DNA from: Macrostomum lignano
Taxonomy: Eukaryota
Assembly (NCBI GenBank): GCA_002269645.1
Contig: NIVC01000716.1
Location: 83,426-147,425, forward strand
Direction: 5' to 3'
Length of the DNA: 64,000 nt
Position 1 is the stretch's first letter; each line of letters starts with the position of its first letter. The notes under the pieces are model-generated. The model made no database searches and was not told the origin of the DNA. It was given only the letters and a program-made list of their open reading frames with translations. Positions 1 through 12,585 of the stretch are shown in pieces. Made by a program: the position numbers and the translations under genes.

Positions 1-956
1 TCATGATCACACATCTGCTAATGGCATTTGATGGCAGTGTGACTGATCATGATCACACATCTGCTAATGCATTTGATGGCAGTGTGACTGATCATGATCA
101 CACATCTGCTAATGGCATTTGATGGCAGTGTGACTGATCATGATCACACATCTGCTAATGGCATTTGATGGCAGTGTGACTGATCATATCACACATCTGC
201 TAATGGCATTTGATGGCAGTGTGACTGATCATGATCACACATCTGCTAATGGCATTTGATGGCAGTGTGACTGATCATGATCACACATCTGCTAATGGCA
301 TTTGATGGCAGTGTGACTGATCATGATCACACATCTGCTAATGGCATTTGATGGCAGTGTGACTGATCATGATCACACATCTGCTAATGGCATTTGATGG
401 CAGTGTGACTGATCATGATCACACATCTGCTAATGGCATTTGATCATGATCACACATCTGCTAATGGCATTTGATGGCAGTGTGACTGATCATGATCACA
501 CATCTGCTAATGGCATTTGATGGCAGTGTGACTGACTGATAATGATCACACACCTGCTATTGGCATTTGATGGCAGTGTGACTGATCATGATCACACACC
601 TGCTATTAGCATTTGATGGCAGTGTGACTGATCATGATCACACATCTGCTAATGGCATTTGATGGCAGTGTGACTGATCATGATCACACATCTGCTAATG
701 GCATTTGATGGCAGTGTGACTGATCATGATCACACATCTGCTAATGGCATTTGATGGCAGTGTGACTGATCATGGTCACACATCTGCTAATGGCATTTGA
801 TGGCAGTGTGACTGATCATGATCACACATCTGCTAATGGCATTTGATGGCAGTGTGACTGATCATGATCACACATCTGCTAATGGCATTTGATGGCAGTG
901 TGACTGATCATGATCACACATCTGCTAATGGCATTTGATGGCAGTGTGACTGATCA
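1..956. repeat. 46-bp minisatellite (TCATGATCACACATCTGCTAATGGCATTTGATGGCAGTGTGACTGA)n, probably intronic in the RhoGEF gene
   Basis: About 20 near-identical copies read directly; runs off the window start. Confidence 0.95.
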
Positions 957-1339
957 TTCAAGGAAATGTCACAGTCTTAGCAAAGTGCTTTGCCATATTG
1001 CACTAATTCTGCTTCTAAATAAAAATTTTGCGTTATACTCTGGATGAAGAGGTTGATGTTGAAGAGGTTCATTTCATCTCATCTTTCTACCACTAATTAA
1101 TAAAGCTTTTATTTGCATTTGTGTCCTTGAGCAAGACACTGAACTCTGGATTACTGAGGCAATTGAGGGTGTGGTGACCCCAGTCCTTGACTGAACAGCC
1201 GTACGCAGCCTTCAGATGTGCCGCGCAATAGCTGCGGCTGAGCTGTCGGCTGCACATCTGCCTAATAGGGCAGGTGTAAGCAATTATTATTATTATATTA
1301 TAATATACTAAAAGCAACGGAAATTTGCAATTTGCCCAG

Positions 1340-1593
1340 ATCGGCAGCGTGTCGAAGTTCTGCAACAAGATGAACAGCCTGTACCAGGACAAGGCGGACG
1401 AGGAGGAGCTCCGCGGCATCGCGGACGGCTCGAAGACGCGAAGACTAACGAGCAGCTGGACGCGCTCGGCGAGGAGTGCTCCAGCCAGCTGAGCAAGTTC
1501 CGGCTGAACCTGCGCTCCGCCATGCCGCACAATGGCCAGCCAAGGCGGAAACTCATGGAGGCCGACGTCAGGCTGAAGGACGAGCGGGGAAAG
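1340..1593 (+). CDS. PLEKHG5: PLEKHG5/6-like RhoGEF exon (end of DH domain, start of PH domain); contains an apparent 1-bp deletion near 1426
   Basis: Acceptor tttgcccag|ATC and donor AAG|gtgaga. Translation IGSVSKFCNKMNSLYQDKADEEELRGIAD(R)LEDAKTNEQLDALGEECSSQLSKFRLNLRSAMPHNGQPRRKLMEADVRLKDERGK resembles the PLEKHG5 DH-PH linker as I recall it. The family call rests mainly on the next two exons. Confidence 0.7.
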
Positions 1594-4500
1594 GTGAGAG
1601 TCTGCAAGCTACAGTGCTGCAGCTATTGGGTGAGAGTCTGCAAGCTACAGTGCTGCAGCTATTGGGTGAGAGTCTGCAAGCTACAGTGCTGCAGCTATTG
1701 GGTGAGAGTCTGCAAGCTACAGTGCTGCAGCTATTGGGTAAGAGTCTGCAAGCTACAGTGCTGCAGCTATTGGGTGAGAGTCTGCAAGCTACAGTGCTGC
1801 AGCTATTGGGTGAGAGTCTGCAAGCTACAGTGCTGCAGCTATTGGGTGAGAGTCTGCAAGCTACAGTGCTGCAGCTATTGGGTGAGAGTCTGCAAGCTAC
1901 AGTGCTGCAGCTATTGGGTGAGAGTCTGCAAGCTACAGTGCTGCAGCTATTGGGTGAGAGTCTGCAAGCTACAGTGCTGCAGCTATTGGGTGAGAGTCTG
2001 CAAGCTACAGTGCTGCAGCTATTGGGTAAGAGTCTGCAAGCTACAGTGCTGCAGCTATTGGGTGAGAGTCTGCAAGCTACAGTGCTGCAGCTATTGGGTA
2101 AGAGTCTGCAAGCTACAGTGCTGCAGCTATTGGGTGAGAGTCTGCAAGCTACAGTGCTGCAGCTATTCGGTGAGAGTCTGCAAGCTACAGTGTTGCAGCT
2201 ATTGGGTGAGAGTCTGCAAGCTACAGTGCTGCAGCTATTGGGTGAGAGTCTGCAAGCTACAGTGCTGCAGCTATTGGGTGAGAGTCTGCAAGCTACAGTG
2301 CTGCAGCTATTGGGTGAGAGTCTGCAAGCTACAGTGCTGCAGCTATTGGGTAAGAGTCTGCAAGGTACAGTGCTGCAGCTATTGGGTGAGAGTCTGCAAG
2401 CTACAGTGCTGCAGCTATTGGGTGAGAGTCTGCAAGCTACAGTGCTGCAGCTATTGGGTGAGAGTCTGCAAGCTACAGTGCTGCAGCTATTGGGTAAGAG
2501 TCTGCAAGCTACAGTGCTGCAGCTATTGGTGAGAGTCTGCAAGCTACAGTGCTGCAGCTATTGGGTGAGAGTCTGCAAGCTACAGTGCTGCAGCTATTGG
2601 GTGAGAGTCTGCAAGCTACAGTGCTGCAGCTATTGGGTAAGAGTCTGCAAGCTACAGTGCTGCAGCTATTGGGTGAGAGTCTGCAAGCTACAGTGCTGCA
2701 GCTATTGGGTGAGAGTCTGCAAGCTACAGTGCTGCAGCTATTGGGTGAGAGTCTGCAAGGTACAGTGCTGCAGCTATTGGGTGAGAGTCTGCAAGCTACA
2801 GTGCTGCAGCTATTGGGTGAGAGTCTGCAAGCTACAGTGCTGCAGCTATTGGGTGAGAGTCTGCAAGCTACAGTGTTGCAGCTATTGGGTGAGAGTCTGC
2901 AAGCTACAGTGCTGCAGCTATTGGGTGAGAGTCTGCAAGCTACAGTGCTGCAGCTATTGGGTGAGAGTCTGCAAGCTACAGTGCTGCAGCTATTGGGTAA
3001 GAGTCTGCAAGCTACAGTGCTGCAGCTATTGGGTGAGAGTCTGCAAGGTACAGTGCTGCAGCTATTGGGTGAGAGTCTGCAAGGTACAGTGCTGCAGCTA
3101 TTGGGTGAGAGTCTGCAAGCTACAGTGCTGCAGCTATTGGTGAGAGTCTGCAAGCTACAGTGCTGCAGCTATTGGGTGAGAGTCTGCAAGCTACAGTGCT
3201 GCAGCTATTGGGTGAGAGTCTGCAAGCTACAGTGCTGCAGCTATTGGTGAGAGTCTGCAAGCTACAGTGCTGCAGCTATTGGGTGAGAGTCTGCAAGCTA
3301 CAGTGTTGCAGCTATTGGGTGAGAGTCTGCAAGCTACAGTGCTGCAGCTATTGGGTGAGAGTCTGCAAGCTACAGTGCTGCAGCTATTGGGTGAGAGTCT
3401 GCAAGCTACAGTGCTGCAGCTATTGGGTGAGAGTCTGCAAGCTACAGTGCTGCAGCTATTGGGTGAGAGTCTGCAAGCTACAGTGCTGCAGCTATTGGGT
3501 GAGAGTCTGCAAGGTACAGTGCTGCAGCTATTGGGTGAGAGTCTGCAAGCTACAGTGCTGCAGCTATTGGGTGAGAGTCTGCAAGCTACAGTGCTGCAGC
3601 TATTGGGTGAGAGTCTGCAAGGTACAGTGCTGCAGCTATTGGGTGAGAGTCTGCAAGCTACAGTGCTGCAGCTATTGGGTGAGAGTCTGCAAGCTACAGT
3701 GCTGCAGCTATTGGGTGAGAGTCTGCAAGCTACAGTGCTGCAGCTATTGGGTGAGAGTCTGCAAGCTACAGTGCTGCAGCTATTGGGTGAGAGTCTGCAA
3801 GCTACAGTGCTGCAGCTATTGGGTGAGAGTCTGCAAGCTACAGTGCTGCAGCTATTGGGTGAGAGTCTGCAAGGTACAGTGCTGCAGCTATTGGGTGAGA
3901 GTCTGCAAGGTACAGTGCTGCAGCTATTGGGTGAGAGTCTGCAAGCTACAGTGCTGCAGCTATTGGGTGAGAGTCTGCAAGCTACAGTGCTGCAGCTATT
4001 GGGTGAGAGTCTGCAAGCTACAGTGCTGCAGCTATTGGGTGAGAGTCTGCAAGCTACAGTGCTGCAGCTATTGGGTGAGAGTCTGCAAGCTACAGTGCTG
4101 CAGCTATTGGGTGAGAGTCTGCAAGCTACAGTGCTGCAGCTATTGGGTGAGAGTCTGCAAGCTACAGTGCTGCAGCTATTGGGTGAGAGTCTGCAAGCTA
4201 CAGTGCTGCAGCTATTGGGTGAGAGTCTGCAAGGTACAGTGCTGCAGCTATTGGGTGAGAGTCTGCAAGCTACAGTGCTGCAGCTATTGGGTGAGAGTCT
4301 GCAAGCTACAGTGCTGCAGCTATTGGGTGAGAGTCTGCAAGCTACAGTGCTGCAGCTATTGGGTGAGAGTCTGCAAGCTACAGTGCTTGCAGCTATTGGG
4401 TGAGAGTCTGCAAGCTACAGTGCTGCAGCTATTGGGTGAGAGTCTGCAAGCTACAGTGCTGCAGCTATTGGGTGAGAGTCTGCAAGCTACAGTGCTGCAG

Positions 4501-7500
4501 CTATTGGGTAGAGTCTGCAAGCTACAGTGCTGCAGCTATTGGGTGAGAGTCTGCAAGCTACAGTGCTGCAGCTATTGGGTGAGAGTCTGCAAGCTACAGT
4601 GCTGCAGCTATTGGGTGAGAGTCTGCAAGCTACAGTGCTGCAGCTATTGGGTGAGAGTCTGCAAGCTACAGTGCTGCAGCTATTGGGTGAGAGTCTGCAA
4701 GCTACAGTGCTGCAGCTATTGGGTGAGAGTCTGCAAGCTACAGTGCTGCAGCTATTGGGTGAGAGTCTGCAAGCTACAGTGCTGCAGCTATTGGGTGAGA
4801 GTCTGCAAGCTACAGTGCTGCAGCTATTGGGTGAGAGTCTGCAAGCTACAGTGCTGCAGCTATTGGGTGAGAGTCTGCAAGCTACAGTGCTGCAGCTATT
4901 GGGTGAGAGTCTGCAAGCTACAGTGCTGCAGCTATTGGGTGAGAGTCTGCAAGCTACAGTGCTGCAGCTATTGGGTGAGAGTCTGCAAGCTACAGTGCTG
5001 CAGCTATTGGGTGAGAGTCTGCAAGCTACAGTGCTGCAGCTATTGGTGAGAGTCTGCAAGCTACAGTGCTGCAGCTATTGGGTGAGAGTCTGCAAGCTAC
5101 AGTGCTGCAGCTATTGGGTGAGAGTCTGCAAGCTACAGTGCTGCAGCTATTGGGTGAGAGTCTGCAAGCTACAGTGCTGCAGCTATTGGGTGAGAGTCTG
5201 CAAGCTACAGTGCTGCAGCTATTGGGTGAGAGTCTGCAAGCTACAGTGCTGCAGCTATTGGGTGAGAGTCTGCAAGCTACAGTGCTGCAGCTATTGGGTG
5301 AGAGTCTGCAAGCTACAGTGCTGCAGCTATTGGGTGAGAGTCTGCAAGCTACAGTGCTGCAGCTATTGGGTGAGAGTCTGCAAGCTACAGTGCTGCAGCT
5401 ATTGGGTGAGAGTCTGCAAGCTACAGTGCTGCAGCTATTGGGTGAGAGTCTGCAAGCTACAGTGCTGCAGCTATTGGGTGAGAGTCTGCAAGCTACAGTG
5501 CTGCAGCTATTGGGTGAGAGTCTGCAAGCTACAGTGCTGCAGCTATTGGGTGAGAGTCTGCAAGCTACAGTGCTGCAGCTATTGGGTGAGAGTCTGCAAG
5601 CTACAGTGCTGCAGCTATTGGGTGAGAGTCTGCAAGCTACAGTGCTGCAGCTATTGGGTGAGAGTCTGCAAGCTACAGTGCTGCAGCTATTGGGTGAGAG
5701 TCTGCAAGCTACAGTGCTGCAGCTATTGGGTGAGAGTCTGCAAGCTACAGTGCTGCAGCTATTGGGTGAGAGTCTGCAAGCTACAGTGCTGCAGCTATTG
5801 GGTGAGAGTCTGCAAGCTACAGTGCTGCAGCTATTGGGTGAGAGTCTGCAAGCTACAGTGCTGCAGCTATTGGGTGAGAGTCTGCAAGCTACAGTGCTGC
5901 AGCTATTGGGTGAGAGTCTGCAAGCTACAGTGCTGCAGCTATTGGGTGAGAGTCTGCAAGCTACAGTGCTGCAGCTATTGGGTGAGAGTCTGCAAGCTAC
6001 AGTGCTGCAGCTATTGGGTGAGAGTCTGCAAGCTACAGTGCTGCAGCTATTGGGTGAGAGTCTGCAAGCTACAGTGCTGCAGCTATTGGGTGAGAGTCTG
6101 CAAGCTACAGTGCTGCAGCTATTGGGTGAGAGTCTGCAAGCTACAGTGCTGCAGCTATTGGGTGAGAGTCTGCAAGCTACAGTGCTGCAGCTATTGGGTG
6201 AGAGTCTGCAAGCTACAGTGCTGCAGCTATTGGGTGAGAGTCTGCAAGCTACAGTGCTGCAGCTATTGGGTGAGAGTCTGCAAGCTACAGTGCTGCAGCT
6301 ATTGGGTGAGAGTCTGCAAGCTACAGTGCTGCAGCTATTGGGTGAGAGTCTGCAAGCTACAGTGCTGCAGCTATTGGGTGAGAGTCTGCAAGCTACAGTG
6401 CTGCAGCTATTGGGTGAGAGTCTGCAAGCTACAGTGCTGCAGCTATTGGGTGAGAGTCTGCAAGCTACAGTGCTGCAGCTATTGGGTGAGAGTCTGCAAG
6501 CTACAGTGCTGCAGCTATTGGGTAGAGTCTGCAAGCTACAGTGCTGCAGCTATTGGGTGAGAGTCTGCAAGCTACAGTGCTGCAGCTATTGGGTGAGAGT
6601 CTGCAAGCTACAGTGCTGCAGCTATTGGGTGAGAGTCTGCAAGCTACAGTGCTGCAGCTATTGGGTGAGAGTCTGCAAGCTACAGTGCTGCAGCTATTGG
6701 GTGAGAGTCTGCAAGCTACAGTGCTGCAGCTATTGGGTGAGAGTCTGCAAGCTACAGTGCTGCAGCTATTGGGTGAGAGTCTGCAAGCTACAGTGCTGCA
6801 GCTATTGGGTGAGAGTCTGCAAGCTACAGTGCTGCAGCTATTGGGTGAGAGTCTGCAAGCTACAGTGCTGCAGCTATTGGGTGAGAGTCTGCAAGCTACA
6901 GTGCTGCAGCTATTGGGTGAGAGTCTGCAAGCTACAGTGCTGCAGCTATTGGGTGAGAGTCTGCAAGCTACAGTGCTGCAGCTATTGGGTGAGAGTCTGC
7001 AAGCTACAGTGCTGCAGCTATTGGGTGAGAGTCTGCAAGCTACAGTGCTGCAGCTATTGGGTGAGAGTCTGCAAGCTACAGTGCTGCAGCTATTGGGTGA
7101 GAGTCTGCAAGCTACAGTGCTGCAGCTATTGGGTGAGAGTCTGCAAGCTACAGTGCTGCAGCTATTGGGTGAGAGTCTGCAAGGTACAGTGCTGCAGCTA
7201 TTGGGTGAGAGTCTGCAAGCTACAGTGCTGCAGCTATTGGGTGAGAGTCTGCAAGCTACAGTGCTGCAGCTATTGGGTGAGAGTCTGCAAGCTACAGTGC
7301 TGCAGCTATTGGGTGAGAGTCTGCAAGCTACAGTGCTGCAGCTATTGGGTGAGAGTCTGCAAGCTACAGTGCTGCAGCTATTGGGTGAGAGTCTGCAAGC
7401 TACAGTGCTGCAGCTATTGGGTGAGAGTCTGCAAGCTACAGTGCTGCAGCTATTGGGTAGAGTCTGCAAGCTACAGTGCTGCAGCTATTGGGTGAGAGTC

Positions 7501-9870
7501 TGCAAGCTACAGTGCTGCAGCTATTGGGTGAGAGTCTGCAAGCTACAGTGCTGCAGCTATTGGGTGAGAGTCTGCAAGCTACAGTGCTGCAGCTATTGGT
7601 GAGAGTCTGCAAGCTACAGTGCTGCAGCTATTGGGTGAGAGTCTGCAAGCTACAGTGCTGCAGCTATTGGGTGAGAGTCTGCAAGGTACAGTGCTGCAGC
7701 TATTGGGTGAGAGTCTGCAAGCTACAGTGCTGCAGCTATTGGGTGAGAGTCTGCAAGGTACAGTGCTGCAGCTATTGGGTGAGAGTCTGCAAGCTACAGT
7801 GCTGCAGCTATTGGGTGAGAGTCTGCAAGCTACAGTGCTGCAGCTATTGGGTGAGAGTCTGCAAGCTACAGTGCTGCAGCTATTGGGTGAGAGTCTGCAA
7901 GCTACAGTGCTGCAGCTATTGGGTGAGAGTCTGCAAGCTACAGTGCTGCAGCTATTGGGTGAGAGTCTGCAAGCTACAGTGCTGCAGCTATTGGGTGAGA
8001 GTCTGCAAGGTACAGTGCTGCAGCTATTGGGTGAGAGTCTGCAAGCTACAGTGCTGCAGCTATTGGGTGAGAGTCTGCAAGCTACAGTGCTGCAGCTATT
8101 GGGTGAGAGTCTGCAAGCTACAGTGCTGCAGCTATTGGGTGAGAGTCTGCAAGCTACAGTGCTGCAGCTATTGGGTGAGAGTCTGCAAGCTACAGTGCTG
8201 CAGCTATTGGGTGAGAGTCTGCAAGCTACAGTGCTGCAGCTATTGGGTGAGAGTCTGCAAGCTACAGTGCTGCAGCTATTGGGTGAGAGTCTGCAAGCTA
8301 CAGTGCTGCAGCTATTGGGTAGAGTCTGCAAGCTACAGTGCTGCAGCTATTGGGTGAGAGTCTGCAAGCTACAGTGCTGCAGCTATTGGGTGAGAGTCTG
8401 CAAGCTACAGTGCTGCAGCTATTGGGTGAGAGTCTGCAAGCTACAGTGCTGCAGCTATTGGGTGAGAGTCTGCAAGCTACAGTGCTGCAGCTATTGGGTG
8501 AGAGTCTGCAAGCTACAGTGCTGCAGCTATTGGGTGAGAGTCTGCAAGCTACAGTGCTGCAGCTATTGGGTGAGAGTCTGCAAGGTACAGTGCTGCAGCT
8601 ATTGGGTGAGAGTCTGCAAGCTACAGTGCTGCAGCTATTGGGTGAGAGTCTGCAAGCTACAGTGCTGCAGCTATTGGGTGAGAGTCTGCAAGCTACAGTG
8701 CTGCAGCTATTGGGTGAGAGTCTGCAAGCTACAGTGCTGCAGCTATTGGGTGAGAGTCTGCAAGCTACAGTGCTGCAGCTATTGGGTGAGAGTCTGCAAG
8801 CTACAGTGCTGCAGCTATTGGGTGAGAGTCTGCAAGCTACAGTGCTGCAGCTATTGGGTGAGAGTCTGCAAGCTACAGTGCTGCAGCTATTGGGTGAGAG
8901 TCTGCAAGCTACAGTGCTGCAGCTATTGGGTAGAGTCTGCAAGCTACAGTGCTGCAGCTATTGGGTGAGAGTCTGCAAGCTACAGTGCTGCAGCTATTGG
9001 GTGAGAGTCTGCAAGCTACAGTGCTGCAGCTATTGGGTGAGAGTCTGCAAGCTACAGTGCTGCAGCTATTGGGTGAGAGTCTGCAAGCTACAGTGCTGCA
9101 GCTATTGGGTGAGAGTCTGCAAGCTACAGTGCTGCAGCTATTGGGTGAGAGTCTGCAAGCTACAGTGCTGCAGCTATTGGGTGAGAGTCTGCAAGCTACA
9201 GTGCTGCAGCTATTGGGTGAGAGTCTGCAAGCTACAGTGCTGCAGCTATTGGGTGAGAGTCTGCAAGCTACAGTGCTGCAGCTATTGGGTAGAGTCTGCA
9301 AGCTACAGTGCTGCAGCTATTGGGTGAGAGTCTGCAAGCTACAGTGCTGCAGCTATTGGGTGAGAGTCTGCAAGCTACAGTGCTGCAGCTATTGGGTGAG
9401 AGTCTGCAAGCTACAGTGCTGCAGCTATTGGGTGAGAGTCTGCAAGCTACAGTGCTGCAGCTATTGGGTGAGAGTCTGCAAGCTACAGTGCTGCAGCTAT
9501 TGGGTGAGAGTCTGCAAGCTACAGTGCTGCAGTTATTGGGTGAGAGTCTGCAAGCTACAGTGCTGCAGCTATTGGGTGAGAGTCTGCAAGCTACAGTGCT
9601 GCAGCTATTGGGTGAGAGTCTGCAACAGTGCTGCAGCTTTTGGGTGAGAGTCTGCAACAGTGCTGCAGCTATTGGGTGAGAGTCTGCTACAGTGCTGCAG
9701 CTATTGGGTGAGAGTCTGCAACAGTGCTGCAGCTATTGGGTGAGAGTCTGCTACAGTGCTGCAGTTATTGGGTGAGAGTCTGCTACAGTGCTGCAGTTTT
9801 TGGGATAGAGTCTGCTACAGTGCTGCAGCTATTGGGTGAGAGTCTGCTACAGTGCTGCAGTTTTTGGGTG
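1594..9870. repeat. 36-bp intronic minisatellite (GTGAGAGTCTGCAAGCTACAGTGCTGCAGCTATTGG)n, about 230 copies
   Basis: Read directly. It begins exactly at the intron donor and accounts for all LQLLGESLQATV, CCSYWVRVCKLQ and PNSCSTVACRLS ORFs. Confidence 0.98.
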
Positions 9871-10090
9871 AGAAACTCTCGAGCCAACCTGCCGAAGTCA
9901 TGGGTTCGATGCTGACCATCAAGGTCCATTCCGCTGTGCACACTGCATGAGCGCGTGTCTGCACACCTATCCACGTCAGTATGAGCTGAATGGAGGGCTT
10001 CAACTGCTTTGACTTCCTGCTGGCTGCTGGTCGCTTTGAAAGCCCCCCGTGACTTGACACTTGAAAGTCGCATGCAACTCCCCGCTCCAG

Positions 10091-10223
10091 TGGACCGACG
10101 CCCGCCTGCTGCTGTTCACGGATCTCATGCTGGTCACGAAAGTGTACGGCAAACGCCAGCTGCTTCGGCTGCTCAGGACACCCGTGAGGCTGGACAAGCT
10201 GGAGGTTTGCCGGCTCGACTGCA
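10091..10223 (+). CDS. PLEKHG5: RhoGEF exon, PH domain
   Basis: ctccag|TGG ... TGCA|gtgagt. WTDARLLLFTDLMLVTKVYGKRQLLRLLRTPVRLDKLEVCRLDC carries the FLFTDLLLVTK-type motif of GEF PH domains. Phase 0 matches the upstream exon. Confidence 0.85.
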
Positions 10224-10274
10224 GTGAGTTTTACCACCACGGTGCCATGGAACCTTGGGTCCAGCTGAATAATT

Positions 10275-10460
10275 CATCCTGCTCAACTCACTGGGTAACT
10301 AATCCTGCTCAGCTCACTGGGTAACTAATCCTGCTCAACTCACTGGGTAACTAATCCTGCTCAGCTCACTGGGTAACTAATCCTGCTCAACTCACTGGGT
10401 AACTAATCGTGCTCAACTCACTGGGTAACTAATCCTGCTCAACTCACTGGGTAACTAATC
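10275..10460. repeat. 26-bp intronic minisatellite (CTAATCCTGCTCAACTCACTGGGTAA)n, about 7 copies
   Basis: Read directly. Confidence 0.92.
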
Positions 10461-10479
10461 CTTCATCCTTCGCCCGCAG

Positions 10480-10607
10480 CATCGCTGGTCCTGGCCGCCC
10501 TGACGGACTTCAAGAGTCTGGACGGTCTGCACTGCGTCACCCTGCCGGAGCAGCGGCTCTGCGACGACTGGCTGGAGCGAATCCGTCAGGCGCAAGCCGC
10601 CCTGCAG
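10480..10607 (+). CDS. PLEKHG5: RhoGEF exon, C-terminal part of PH domain
   Basis: cccgcag|CA ... CTGCAG|gtgcca; phase 1 matches. (T)SLVLAALTDFKSLDGLHCVTLPEQRLCDDWLERIRQAQAALQ includes the PH terminal helix with its conserved W. Confidence 0.82.
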
Positions 10608-10667
10608 GTGCCACCATCTGTAAACCTTGAGCAAATAATGGGAGAGAAACAGCCTGTCTCACTACGG

Positions 10668-11228
10668 AGTTCCAATGAGCTCACTATGGGTCTCAATGAG
10701 CTCACTATGGGGTCTCAATGAGCTCACTATGGGTTCTCAATGAGCTCACTATGGGTTTTCAATGAGCTCACTATGGGTTTTCAATGAGCTCACTATGGGT
10801 CTCAATGAGCTCACTATGGGGTCTCAATGAGCTCACTATGGGTTCTCAATGAGCTCACTATGGGTTTTCAATGAGCTCACTATGGGTTCTCAATGAGCTC
10901 ACTATGGGTCTCAATGAGCTCACTATGGGGTCTCAATGAGCTCACTATGGGTTCTCAATGAGCTCACTATGGGTTCTCAATCAGCTCACTATGGGTTCTC
11001 AATGAGCTCACTATGGGGTCTCAATGAGCTCACTATGGGGTCTCAATGAGCTCACTATGGGGTCTCAATGAGCTCACTATGGGGTCTCAATGAGCTCACT
11101 ATGGGGTCTCAATGAGCTCACTATGGAGTCTCAATGAGCTCACTATGGAGTCTCAATGAGCTCACTATGGGTTCTCAATGAGCTCACTATGGGTTCTCAA
11201 TGAGCTCACTATGGGGTCTCAATGAGCT
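10668..11228. repeat. 21-22-bp intronic minisatellite (TCTCAATGAGCTCACTATGGGG)n
   Basis: About 25 copies read directly. Confidence 0.95.
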
Positions 11229-11280
11229 CTGATAGAAACGGGCATTCTGTGACTTCCAAAATTGCTTGATTGCACTGCAG

Positions 11281-11601
11281 AGTCAGCTGAGCTTGGAGGC
11301 CTACAGCGTCGCCAGCCACCCGAAGCCAGTGCGCTGGCTGTCAGAGAGCCAGTCGCCACCGCCGCAGCCTCGACACTCGCAGCAGCTGCAGCAGCGACCT
11401 CAGCAGCACCACCCAATTGCGACATCCAGCAGCGGCGGCAGCGGTCGGGTCCGCGCTACAACCCTTCTGGAGGTGGCCACAGCGGCTTCAGCGGGGAAAA
11501 TCCACGCGGCCCACAGCAGCAGCGAGCTGGACGCCATCGAGCGGGAGCCGCTGCCGCAGCCTCCGTCACCAGGGAGAGAACAGCAGCAGCTCAGCGGGAA
11601 G
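11281..11601 (+). CDS. RhoGEF exon, low-complexity C-terminal region
   Basis: cactgcag|AGT ... AAG|gtacgg. Open frame SQLSLEAYSVASHPKP...QQQLSGK with phase 0 at both ends. Confidence 0.65.
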
Positions 11602-11820
11602 GTACGGCATGGCCACCGTGCTCTCTTTCTTAAATGAGCAATGCCTGAGCATGCCTGAGCAATGCCTGAGCAATGCCTGAGGATAAGAAAGCCTTGGCCG
11701 CTGGGCTGGCTGTGTGACTCTCGAGGAACAGAACAACTGCATTCTCAGCATTTCGTGAGCGATCTCCCACCCCTCACTCACTCGCATTTGGTGAGCGATC
11801 TCTCACCCCCACTCTCCCAG

Positions 11821-12128
11821 TCGCAACAGTTCCGCATGTCCGAGCACCGCCACACGGTCCTGCAGCAGTGGTACCTGTCCCAGCACCACCGCGAGCACTC
11901 GGCACCCAGCTCCGTGCTGAGCAGGTCGCCTTTGAGGCAGAAAAAGCAACAGCAAAAGCAGCAGAAGCAGCCGCGAGAGCAGCAGCAGCAACGGAGCAAC
12001 TCAGCTGAGGAAGCCGGCACGAGCTCCGCGACTTCAGCAGCAGCGGCGGCGGCGCTCATTCCGGCCAGGGAGCTCACGCCAGAGAGGCGGCGACTCATGA
12101 GCTACATCAGCTCGTCCGGACAGGCTCC
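11821..12128 (+). CDS. RhoGEF exon, Q/S/A-rich C-terminal region
   Basis: ctctcccag|TCG ... GCTCC|gtgagt. Open frame SQQFRMSEHRH...SYISSSGQA. It could alternatively terminate at the in-frame TGA (12130-12132). Confidence 0.6.
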
Positions 12129-12159
12129 GTGAGTTTCTTGACCGATTTTTCATTGCTGA

Positions 12160-12201
12160 GTCTGGTCTGGTCTGGTCTGGTCTGGTATGGACACTGATCT
12201 G

Positions 12202-12232
<31 letters not shown>

Positions 12233-12585
12233 TCTGGTCTGGTCTGGTCTGGTCTGGCCTGGTCTGGTCACTGATCTGGTCTGGTCTGGCCTGATCTGGT
12301 CTGGTCTGGGCTGGTCTGGTCTGGTCTGGTCTGGCCTGGTCTGGTCACTGATCTGGTCTGGTCTGGCCTGATCTGGTCTGGTCTGGGCTGGTCTGGTCTG
12401 GTCTGGTCTGGCCTGGTCTGGTCACTGATCTGGTCTGGTCTGGCCTGATCTGGTCTGGTCTGGGCTGGTCACTGATCTGGTCTGGCCTGGCCTGATCTGG
12501 TCTGGTCTGCAGGGCTGGTCTGGTCTGGCCTTGTCTGGACACTGATCTGGTCTGGTCTGGTCTGTTGTGATCGGGTCTGGTCTGG
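12160..12585. repeat. (GGTCT)n pentamer-based microsatellite with higher-order repeats
   Basis: Read directly. Confidence 0.93.

Noticed and set aside
1476-9679. Long ORFs with LQLLGESLQATV (LRR-like) and VRVCKLQCCSYW (Cys-rich) repeats
   Set aside because: They are translations of an intronic 36-bp DNA repeat, open in several frames and on both strands, and bounded by RhoGEF splice sites.
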